From Candidatus Hydrogenedentota bacterium (lineage in GTDB: Bacteria; Hydrogenedentota; Hydrogenedentia; Hydrogenedentales; SLHB01), in the NCBI GenBank assembly GCA_963668025.2, contig CAXXTH010000010.1, positions 32,001 to 96,000 on the forward strand: a DNA stretch of 64,000 bases, written 5' to 3'. A program made the position numbers and the translations under genes. Shown here piece by piece: positions 56,765 through 64,000 of this stretch; positions within the stretch are counted from its first letter, which is position 1; each line of letters opens with the position of its first letter. The notes beneath the pieces are model-generated. The model had not been told where the DNA came from. It did not search any database and saw only the letters and a program-made list of their open reading frames with translations.

Positions 56765-57886
56765 TTAAATTGACGAATCCCCCGGCATGGGCCGTCCAAA
56801 GGCATGTAATAGACGCATCACATATTCGTACCGTTCCACGGAGATATCACCTGATACCGAATGGGAAGCCACGATGACTCCGCCCTCTTGCGCCACGTCC
56901 ATGAGCCGGGTGATGTGCTCCTCGACTTCCCGCTCGGTTCCAAACGGCAGAATGTGTGAATTGCACATGCCGCCAAACAACGCCAGCCGTTTGCCGTACC
57001 GGTTTCTCAGTTCCACTACATCCATGTTGGCCCGGGGCTCGACGGGATTGATCGCGCCGATGCCCGCATCGACGAGGCCGTCCAGCAATAGGCGGATATC
57101 CCCATCGGAATGAAGGCCGACAAATGGAGCGCCCGCTTCTTTGAATGCCGCCGCCATGCGGCGGATAGCGGGCAGGATTAATTGCTCATACGCATCCGGG
57201 GAAATCAGCGGCCCCGCATTCGACGCCACATCATCGAAAATCCAGATGCTTGGCTGCTCGATGCCGCTACGCCGGATAGCTTCGGAGCCGACTTCGATCA
57301 GATGGCTGGCGACGCGTTCTATCAGCGCCGAGGCAAATGCCGGGTCTTCCATGATGTCCAGGTACCACTGCACTTCACCACGTAGAAAACTCGAACGGAG
57401 ATACGGCCCCCCGATTTTGATGAACACATACGGATCCGGCAAAACACTCCGCGCCCAGGCGATGCCATTCAGCATGGCCGTATACCGGCTATCGAGGCGC
57501 GGCGATTCAAATTCGAATGTATCCAGCAGGCGTTTTTCCGAGAGCGGAACCTCGAGCGGTTCTCCATATGGGCTGGCGGCTGTCCGGCGCACCATGCGCC
57601 CCCAGTCATCCCGCTGTACAATGTAGCGGCCATCGGAAGATAGGAGCTCCGCCTTGCTGGGCCAAGGGGCTTCCACTGGACCTACCTTCTGTAGATCAAC
57701 GTGATAATGAACCAACAACTCGGCGCAATTCGACGTGACATCGTCCATGGGAATGCCCTCAAGTGTTGGAAGGTCATGGACACTGCGCCAGGCGTTTACA
57801 AAATCCCCCCAATATTGGTCATATAAAGGAACATAATCGCGGCTAGAGAAAGCAAACGTGGCAAGCGTACGTTCTCTTGATGTCAT
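56765..57886 (-). CDS. Uroporphyrinogen decarboxylase-like / MtaA-CmuA family protein
   Basis: MTSRER, DDWG, FLRG, DD.A....LISP, HSDGD, NPVE..A.MD, GG.I.ASHS. Confidence 0.85.
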   Translation of the reverse strand: MTSRERTLATFAFSSRDYVPLYDQYWGDFVNAWRSVHDLPTLEGIPMDDVTSNCAELLVHYHVDLQKVGPVEAPWPSKAELLSSDGRYIVQRDDWGRMVRRTAASPYGEPLEVPLSEKRLLDTFEFESPRLDSRYTAMLNGIAWARSVLPDPYVFIKIGGPYLRSSFLRGEVQWYLDIMEDPAFASALIERVASHLIEVGSEAIRRSGIEQPSIWIFDDVASNAGPLISPDAYEQLILPAIRRMAAAFKEAGAPFVGLHSDGDIRLLLDGLVDAGIGAINPVEPRANMDVVELRNRYGKRLALFGGMCNSHILPFGTEREVEEHITRLMDVAQEGGVIVASHSVSGDISVERYEYVMRLLHAFGRPMPGDSSI

Positions 57887-58036
57887 AATAGGGGCCTCTT
57901 CACTTGATTAAATCAATTATAATAACTATAAGGTTATGATTTATGTCATATATTTGCATGAATGACTTGGGATGTCAACATAAAATATGGGAACTGCCAA
58001 AAAGCGGTATGAACACAGGGAAAGGCATTTACGGGC

Positions 58037-59092
58037 ATGCAGATCACGAAACAAATAATTGCATCACTTCCGCTGGCTTACAGCATTGCCGTGATTCCTC
58101 CTGAGCAGCCAGGCGGGCCGGTTTCCATCGCGGCGGGCAGCGAGGGGGATGGGCCTTTACTCTACATGCCATATCCGGGCGCGGAACCGGAAGTGCTGGC
58201 CAGCGCCCCGGGCGGTTTCATCAGCTTGCAGCCGTGGCTTTCATTGCAAGGACGTTTTCTGCTCGCATCGACTGATTTCAAGCCCACATTCCAGGCCGCC
58301 GAGTGCTCGCTCTGGGCCTATCCGCTCGATGCGGCGCAAGGCCAGCCGCCCATTTGCCTGGGTGCGATGCCCTACGCCCACCGAATCGCTGCCGCCATAT
58401 GCCACAGAAAGCCCATGCTGCTGGCGTCCACTCTATGCAGCGGAAAGGCATATAGAGAGGATTGGTCCCAGCCTGGCGGGATTTTCATGGCGCGGCTCCC
58501 CGAAACACTTGGCGGCTCATTGGAGTGGCGGCAGCTCGCACACGGCCTCACCAAAAATCACGGCATGGATTACGCCCAACTGGGCGGCGCGTATGGAAAT
58601 GGGTATCTGGTCTCGGCGATGGAAGGGCTTTTCTTCTTACGGCTCCCAGATGATCTCGGTGCGAAATGTCGGCTCGAACAACTCGCCGAAGGAGAACATA
58701 GCGACGCCTTCGCTTTCGACTGGCGCGGCTGCGGCGTAGCGGATGTATTCGCCATACGCCCTTTCCATGGCCACATCCTAAGCCGGTACCGATTCGAGGG
58801 TGGCGTGTGGCGCGAACGCATCATCGCGGATGACTTGCCTTTCGGCCATGTGGTGTGGGCGGGCATTTTTTTGGGCAAGCCCGCGTTGATCGCAGGAGCC
58901 CGGCGCGGCGCGGAAGATTTGCGCCTGTATCGCACCTCCAATCCCGACGCGGACGTTTTCACTCATGAGCTCATCGATGAAGGCGTCGGTGCGGCCCAGC
59001 TCCAGGTGGTTGCATCCTCGCCAGACCGCGCCCAGTTGTTCGTATCCGGACGCGGCATGGGACAAGTGCTGGTGTATACTTGCACGCGGTAA
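58037..59092 (+). CDS. Hypothetical beta-propeller-like protein
   Basis: 351 aa; HRI, CSGK...DWS.PG, KNHG, PFHG, FGHVVW. Confidence 0.6.
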   Translation: MQITKQIIASLPLAYSIAVIPPEQPGGPVSIAAGSEGDGPLLYMPYPGAEPEVLASAPGGFISLQPWLSLQGRFLLASTDFKPTFQAAECSLWAYPLDAAQGQPPICLGAMPYAHRIAAAICHRKPMLLASTLCSGKAYREDWSQPGGIFMARLPETLGGSLEWRQLAHGLTKNHGMDYAQLGGAYGNGYLVSAMEGLFFLRLPDDLGAKCRLEQLAEGEHSDAFAFDWRGCGVADVFAIRPFHGHILSRYRFEGGVWRERIIADDLPFGHVVWAGIFLGKPALIAGARRGAEDLRLYRTSNPDADVFTHELIDEGVGAAQLQVVASSPDRAQLFVSGRGMGQVLVYTCTR

Positions 59093-59201
59093 TCAGTAGA
59101 TAGTCTAGTACCCCGTAAGTCCTAAAAGGCTGAATAAAAAAGTGTATCTTGCCGATATATCCAGAGGGAGGAATGGGTCTTTCCTTTGGAGGATAACGGC
59201 A

Positions 59202-59669
59202 ATGCCCACAAAGCGATACGTGGTTCGGTTGACAGAAGAGGAGCGCCAGCAACTCCATGGCTTGGTAAGCAAGGGCAAGGCGGCGGCATACAAAATCAGG
59301 CATGCCAACATCCTGCTCAAGGCGGATTGCGACGGGCCGAATTGGAAGGACGAACAGATAGCCGAAGCCTTTGGCTGCCACCGCACCACGGTGGAAGAGG
59401 TGCGCAAGCGGCTGGTTACGCAAGGCATCGAATCCGCCCTGGGCCGCAAGAAGCGGGAAACGCCGCCGACCCCGCGCCGACTCGACGCCGAAGCCCGGCT
59501 GGTTGCCATCGCCTTCGGAAAAGCTCCGGAAGGCCGGGCGAAATGGACCATGCGGCTCTTGGCGGACAAACTGGTGGAATTGGGGATCGTGGATTCGGTC
59601 TCGCACACGACCGTCTGGGAGACGCTTAAAAAAACGAACTCAAGCCGCACTTGCGGAAATGCTGGGTGA
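59202..59669 (+). CDS. IS630 orfA (HTH)
   Basis: IAEAFGCHRTTV..VRKR, PEGRAKWT.RLLA; A7 run at 59628-34. Confidence 0.88.
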   Translation: MPTKRYVVRLTEEERQQLHGLVSKGKAAAYKIRHANILLKADCDGPNWKDEQIAEAFGCHRTTVEEVRKRLVTQGIESALGRKKRETPPTPRRLDAEARLVAIAFGKAPEGRAKWTMRLLADKLVELGIVDSVSHTTVWETLKKTNSSRTCGNAG

Positions 59670-60331
59670 TACCGCCGAAGCAGGATGGCGAGTTCGTGGC
59701 GGCGATGGAAGACGTACTTGAAGTCTATAAGCGCGGCCGGAACCGAGAGTATCCGCTGGTGTGCATGGACGAACAACCGACGCAGCTCTTGAAGGAGACG
59801 CGAACGCCCTTGCCCGCCGAACCTGGGGAACCGGCGAAACACGACTACGAATACGAGCGCAATGGCACAGCGGCGAACTTCATGTTCACCGCGCCATTGG
59901 AAAACTGGCGGCGGGTGAGTGTGCGGGAGCGCAAGACGAAAATCGATTGGGCACAGGAAATCCGCCAGCTTGTCGATACGGATTTTCCCGAGGCGTCAAA
60001 GATCGTGCTGGTGATGGACAACCTGAACACGCACACGCCGGGGGCGCTATACGAGGCGTTTGCGCCGCAAGAGGCGCGCCGAATTCTGGAGCGGCTGGAG
60101 ATTCATTACACGCCGAAGCACGGGAGTTGGCTGAACATGGCGGAGATCGAGTTGAGCGTGTTCACGCGACAGTGCCTGGACCGGCGCATGCCGGATCTGG
60201 CGACGTTGCGTTCGGAGGCGGTTGCGTGGAACGCGAGCCGGAACGATTCGGGGATAGGTGTGGATTGGCACTTCACAACCTCCGACGCCCGGGTAAAACT
60301 AAAACGGCTTTATCCCTTAATTAAGGGCTGA
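59651..60331 (+). CDS. IS630 orfB (DDE), -1 frame relative to orfA
   Basis: CMDE, DYEYER.G, MDNLNTH, YTPKHGSWLNMAEIE. Confidence 0.92.
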   Translation: MRKCWVIPPKQDGEFVAAMEDVLEVYKRGRNREYPLVCMDEQPTQLLKETRTPLPAEPGEPAKHDYEYERNGTAANFMFTAPLENWRRVSVRERKTKIDWAQEIRQLVDTDFPEASKIVLVMDNLNTHTPGALYEAFAPQEARRILERLEIHYTPKHGSWLNMAEIELSVFTRQCLDRRMPDLATLRSEAVAWNASRNDSGIGVDWHFTTSDARVKLKRLYPLIKG

Positions 60332-60347
60332 CAAGGTACTAGAGGCT

Positions 60348-60647
60348 ATGGAAAAAGGGCTTGAGGCGCAGCTTCGGGCGGTGCGCCGTCTGCGTAGGGG
60401 GGAAGAATCCAGGGAGGAGCCACGACCCAGAACAAGTATGTCGCAAGTAGATATGGCATATGACATACTCTTGAGGGCCGCTCATCCCCTTCATGTCAAT
60501 GAGATCCTGAGTCGCATTCATGCGGTCTTCGGCATTACGGTGGACCGGGAAAGCCTGGTGTCTTCCCTCACCAAAAAGGTGGCTCGGGAAGACCGCTTTG
60601 TCCGCGCGGACAAGAACACCTTCGGACTCAAAGGAGGCAAGCGATGA
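60348..60647 (+). CDS. Small wHTH (HARE-HTH-like) IS accessory protein
   Basis: AYDIL....PLHVNEI..RI......DRESLVSSL.KK....RF....NTFGL; overlaps the transposase start. Confidence 0.6.
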   Translation: MEKGLEAQLRAVRRLRRGEESREEPRPRTSMSQVDMAYDILLRAAHPLHVNEILSRIHAVFGITVDRESLVSSLTKKVAREDRFVRADKNTFGLKGGKR

Positions 60648-62023
60648 GTCTTTTACACGAATGGCTCAACGTTACCGAGCGCTGGCGCGATGCTTTTGCC
60701 CAAGAGCGCACCACCGTGCGTGCGGTGCGGCAGGGACTTGGGTCACTGGTCTGTTTGGGGCGGCGCACAATCACGCGGACCCTTTGGGCCTGTGGTCGCG
60801 AGAATCTGCCGTGGCAGGCTGAATACCACATGTACGGCCGCGCCAAGTGGGACCCCCAGCAGCTCTTCGACCCTATTTGGGAAGGAGCCCTGCCCCAGTG
60901 TGAAGACCCGCTTGTAGGCGTCGCCGTCGATGATACCAAGCTGCACAAGACCGGCCGGTGCATTGTCCAGGCTTTTCATCAGCGCGACCCCCTGTCCCCG
61001 CCGTTCCACACCAATCTCATTCTGGGCCTGCGTTTCCTGCAGGCCTCCCTTCTCGTACCGCTTCACCAAGGCGGCGCCTTTAGTTGCCGCGCCTTGCCCG
61101 TGCGTTTCGAGGAGCCTTCCCCCGCCAAGAAGCCTGGCAAGCGCGCAAGCGAGGAGGAGTGGATGGCGTACAAGCAGCGCCGTAAAGAGAAGAACCTTTC
61201 AACCCATTGCGTGGCGATGATGGACTCCTTGCGCGCATCCCTCGACGCCGTCGGCGCCAGGGAGAAAACCTTGGTCATGGCCCTCGACGGCAGCTTTTGC
61301 AACCAGACCGTCTTCGGCGCTGAACGCGACCGCACCCACCTCATCGCCCGTGCCCGCAAGGACGCAGTCCTATGCTTTGGCGCTCCAGAGGGTTCGCGGC
61401 GTTTCTATGCCCAAGAAAAATTCACCCCCGAGCAAGTACGCCAGGACGATAGCATCCCCTGGAAGACTACGAAGCTATTCTACGGCGGCAAACGCCGCAA
61501 GGTCCGCTACAAGGAAATCAAGACCCTCTACTGGCAAGGCGGCGCGCGCCGTCTTCCCCTCCGCCTTTTCGCTATCGCTTCCACCCCCTACCGCAAGCGG
61601 AAAAGCAGTAAGCTTTATTACCGGCAACCAGCCTACCTTCTTTGTACCGACAGGGTTCACGCCGCACAGAGGCTGCTCCAGATCTACTTCGACCGCTGGC
61701 AGATTGAAGTCAACCATCGCGAGGAAAAGGACACCTTGGGCGTCGGACAAGCTCAGCTCTGGAACCCCAATGCCGTACCCAAGCAGCCCCCGCTTGCCGT
61801 CGCCGCCTACAGCGCATTGCTACTGGCCGCCATAAAAACCTTTGGCCCCGAACGAAATAGCGCATACGCCCCGCTGCCACGGTGGCGAAAACACGCCACA
61901 CGCCCATCGTGCCTCGCTCTCATCACTCTATTGAGAAAAGAGATGGACGAACAGCCCCATTTGCTCCGTCCACTCGGCATAGAAACCTCCAGAGCAACAA
62001 TGGCAAGCGCCGCGGCTGCTTAA
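60644..62023 (+). CDS. DDE transposase (IS701/IS4-like)
   Basis: AVDDT, LDGSF, YFDRWQIEVNHREEK..LG. Confidence 0.85.
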   Translation: MSLLHEWLNVTERWRDAFAQERTTVRAVRQGLGSLVCLGRRTITRTLWACGRENLPWQAEYHMYGRAKWDPQQLFDPIWEGALPQCEDPLVGVAVDDTKLHKTGRCIVQAFHQRDPLSPPFHTNLILGLRFLQASLLVPLHQGGAFSCRALPVRFEEPSPAKKPGKRASEEEWMAYKQRRKEKNLSTHCVAMMDSLRASLDAVGAREKTLVMALDGSFCNQTVFGAERDRTHLIARARKDAVLCFGAPEGSRRFYAQEKFTPEQVRQDDSIPWKTTKLFYGGKRRKVRYKEIKTLYWQGGARRLPLRLFAIASTPYRKRKSSKLYYRQPAYLLCTDRVHAAQRLLQIYFDRWQIEVNHREEKDTLGVGQAQLWNPNAVPKQPPLAVAAYSALLLAAIKTFGPERNSAYAPLPRWRKHATRPSCLALITLLRKEMDEQPHLLRPLGIETSRATMASAAAA

Positions 62024-62040
62024 TAATGGAGAAACTCCAG

Positions 62041-62086
62041 GCATGGGCGTCCCGCCCATGCACATGGCCGGGACGGCCATGCTACG
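62041..62086. repeat. REP-like doublet (GTAG family), copy 4, 5' GTA missing
   Basis: GCATGGGCGTCCCGCCCATG-ca-CATGGCCGGGACGGCCATGCTACG. Confidence 0.85.
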
Positions 62087-62088
62087 AA

Positions 62089-63855
62089 CTAATTACCGCC
62101 TTCTTCCGATGATTGGCCAACCTTTGGCTCAGGTATGTTATTCCACTTTCTTATCTCACCCACTACCTTCTGGATTCTTTCCTCTAGATCATAGCACCCA
62201 GCTAGATCGTTTTTTTCGAGGCATGATACGATCTTCTCCGCGTAGAATGGTTTCTTTCTTCCGAAAGACTTCCCTTTCCCAGGAATCTTTTCGTCTAGCC
62301 ACTCGAAAACACTATCATATTGACCTGGCGGTTCGGCGTCGCCAATTTCCGGAAATACATTCTGTAGGGATGACAAAGGGATGTAGTTCTCAATCTCACG
62401 GCCTTCCGTAACCCAGCAAATACCCCCGCAGTTTTTCACCTCTTTGATAATCCGCTCTTTGGTCGCATTCAGTTTATCTTCTGCACTTTTTTTATCACTA
62501 TCGATAAGCAAAGCATTATTCCTGTTCACTTGAAACAATTGTATCCCGTTTGACTCTTCGTCTGGAGTATCTGACAAATGGGCTAGAAGACGTCCCCCAT
62601 AAAACACGATCTGATAATGAAGACCTTCGCTGAGTTTCCCTTCGGAATACAGCTCAATCCATTTGCTGAGATAAATGCGGTCAGATGGCCCTTCCACCCA
62701 TATGATCCCGTTAGCTTGAAGCAAGTCACTTGCCCTAACGTCTAGGTCATCCAGGATCCCGTTGGTCTCAATATATGTTTTTACAGGACGCGCCGTTGCC
62801 TTTTCGGAATCATGTGTTACATGAATTATCTGAGCTTCTTTGTCCTGATTTAGTACATCTATCATTACATTAGAGTGAGTAGTCAAAAACAAGAGGAAAT
62901 TCTCTTCCTTGGCTTTAGCGGTAAGGTAAGATAAAAGTCTTCTCAAAAGCGATGGATGAAGGTTATTCTCCAACTCCTCAAATGCAAAAATGTAATCAGA
63001 AAGGCTTTTATTTTTTGTTTTTGGTAGTAGTAATATAAAACTCAAAACAATTATTATGGTTTTGAGCCCACTTCCTGTTTTTGAAAGTGCGATTCGTCCC
63101 TTAGTCTTCTCCTCAAGGAATATTTCCCATTTCGTGCCATTCTCTTCCCTGTCATGAATTTGGCATACAACTCTTTGAAATACGCTGTCTGGAAAGCAAA
63201 TCCTGTTAAGTGCATATAGAAAATCCGATTCTACCCATGAACGGTCAAATTTAATACTATTTATAATATTTTGTATTTCATTTGTAACACCGACTCCATA
63301 TCCATCTATATCGGTATGATTAAACTTATCTTCAGGAATTATGTTTCTCTCGGCAAATACTCGTTGAAAAATCTTCCCTTGAAAAGGATTAGAAACATGC
63401 TGAGCCAAAGCTTGCTTGAAACTATCGCCTCCTTGTATTTCCGATAGAGACACTACTCCAGAAGGTTCTTCGATATCTAAGAAACGTGAGTCTTTTTTCG
63501 ATGTCAAAACAACCGATATTTTGCAGTCAACAAAATGCTTTCCATACTCCCAATGATCGCGTTCTTGAATTCCGCCACCAAACCTGCCAGAAGGAAACAC
63601 TACCTTTATAGCCTGCTCCGATAATGGTGTTTGAAGAATGAGCTTCGGGGAGATCTTTTTATGTTTGACTGACTCTTCAAATTGATTAGACTCTTTTGTC
63701 GCGAGCTCAATAATGTCGAGCAATGCAGACTTTCCTGAGTTATTTCTGCCAATGATGAGATTGATCCTCGCGATTTTATCGAATCCGCAAGGCTCTTCGC
63801 CAAAGCACTTATAATTCGAGATCTTCAAAGAGGAATTGAGCATGGTATCCTCCAT
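62089..63855 (-). CDS. OLD-family ATP-dependent nuclease (ABC ATPase plus Toprim)
   Basis: GRNNSGKS, GSG, FEELENNLHP, TTHS; Toprim WVEGPSD, IDSD, REIENY; AT-rich; start may be 63843. Confidence 0.85.
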   Translation of the reverse strand: MEDTMLNSSLKISNYKCFGEEPCGFDKIARINLIIGRNNSGKSALLDIIELATKESNQFEESVKHKKISPKLILQTPLSEQAIKVVFPSGRFGGGIQERDHWEYGKHFVDCKISVVLTSKKDSRFLDIEEPSGVVSLSEIQGGDSFKQALAQHVSNPFQGKIFQRVFAERNIIPEDKFNHTDIDGYGVGVTNEIQNIINSIKFDRSWVESDFLYALNRICFPDSVFQRVVCQIHDREENGTKWEIFLEEKTKGRIALSKTGSGLKTIIIVLSFILLLPKTKNKSLSDYIFAFEELENNLHPSLLRRLLSYLTAKAKEENFLLFLTTHSNVMIDVLNQDKEAQIIHVTHDSEKATARPVKTYIETNGILDDLDVRASDLLQANGIIWVEGPSDRIYLSKWIELYSEGKLSEGLHYQIVFYGGRLLAHLSDTPDEESNGIQLFQVNRNNALLIDSDKKSAEDKLNATKERIIKEVKNCGGICWVTEGREIENYIPLSSLQNVFPEIGDAEPPGQYDSVFEWLDEKIPGKGKSFGRKKPFYAEKIVSCLEKNDLAGCYDLEERIQKVVGEIRKWNNIPEPKVGQSSEEGGN

Positions 63856-63887
63856 TCTCCATCACACGAAAGAACATGAAGTGAAAC

Positions 63888-63937
63888 CGTAGCATGGGCG
63901 TCCCGCCCATGAACATGGCCGGGACGGCCATGCTACG
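63888..63937. repeat. REP-like doublet (GTAG family), copy 5
   Basis: cGTAGCATGGGCGTCCCGCCCATG-aa-CATGGCCGGGACGGCCATGCTACG. Confidence 0.88.
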
Positions 63938-64000
63938 AGACATGATAATGTAGCAAGTCTCATAAGATTTCAACTCATTATCACTTGTATGTTTACCCCC

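Larger units (their letters stand above)
59108..60339 (+). mobile_element. IS630-family element
   Basis: Ends CTA-GTACC...GGTAC-TAG with flanking TA. Confidence 0.85.

Noticed and set aside
56765-57886. hemE assignment
   Set aside because: Lacks the W.MRQAGR motif of true uroporphyrinogen decarboxylase, and the context is catabolic.
62041-63937. Integron attC sites around the OLD gene
   Set aside because: The repeats lack RYYYAAC/GTTRRRY ends and there is no integrase in the window; they have GTAG feet instead.

Overview
GC-rich bacterial chromosomal window. The gene style tentatively suggests an anaerobe of the PVC/Hydrogenedentota type, which cannot be proven from this sequence. Housekeeping content: hisG, a sigma54-type glnK-amtB operon, tRNA-Leu(CAG), sucA-folD-sucB, an Ehr-type (hydrogenase-4-like, Ni-motif-less) membrane complex and a 1791-aa PocR/PAS hybrid kinase. 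Accessory content: a UroD/DapA-like catabolic cluster, eight IS elements or remnants, TA/ImmA-peptidase modules, an OLD-family nuclease and several REP-like palindrome families. The best sequence-supported discovery is an unannotated IS110 left end (33761-34188). Its non-coding leader folds like a bridge RNA, and its guide segments match both the REP-like palindrome it inserted into and its own end. Other notable items are an apparently catalytically dead type IIG restriction-modification homolog in an operon with a wHTH protein, a half P-II copy in frame behind the glnK amber stop, related small accessory ORFs in two unrelated IS families, and an AT-rich OLD nuclease bracketed by REP doublets. 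No CRISPR array or rRNA was seen. All family calls come from motif recognition by eye, not database searches.
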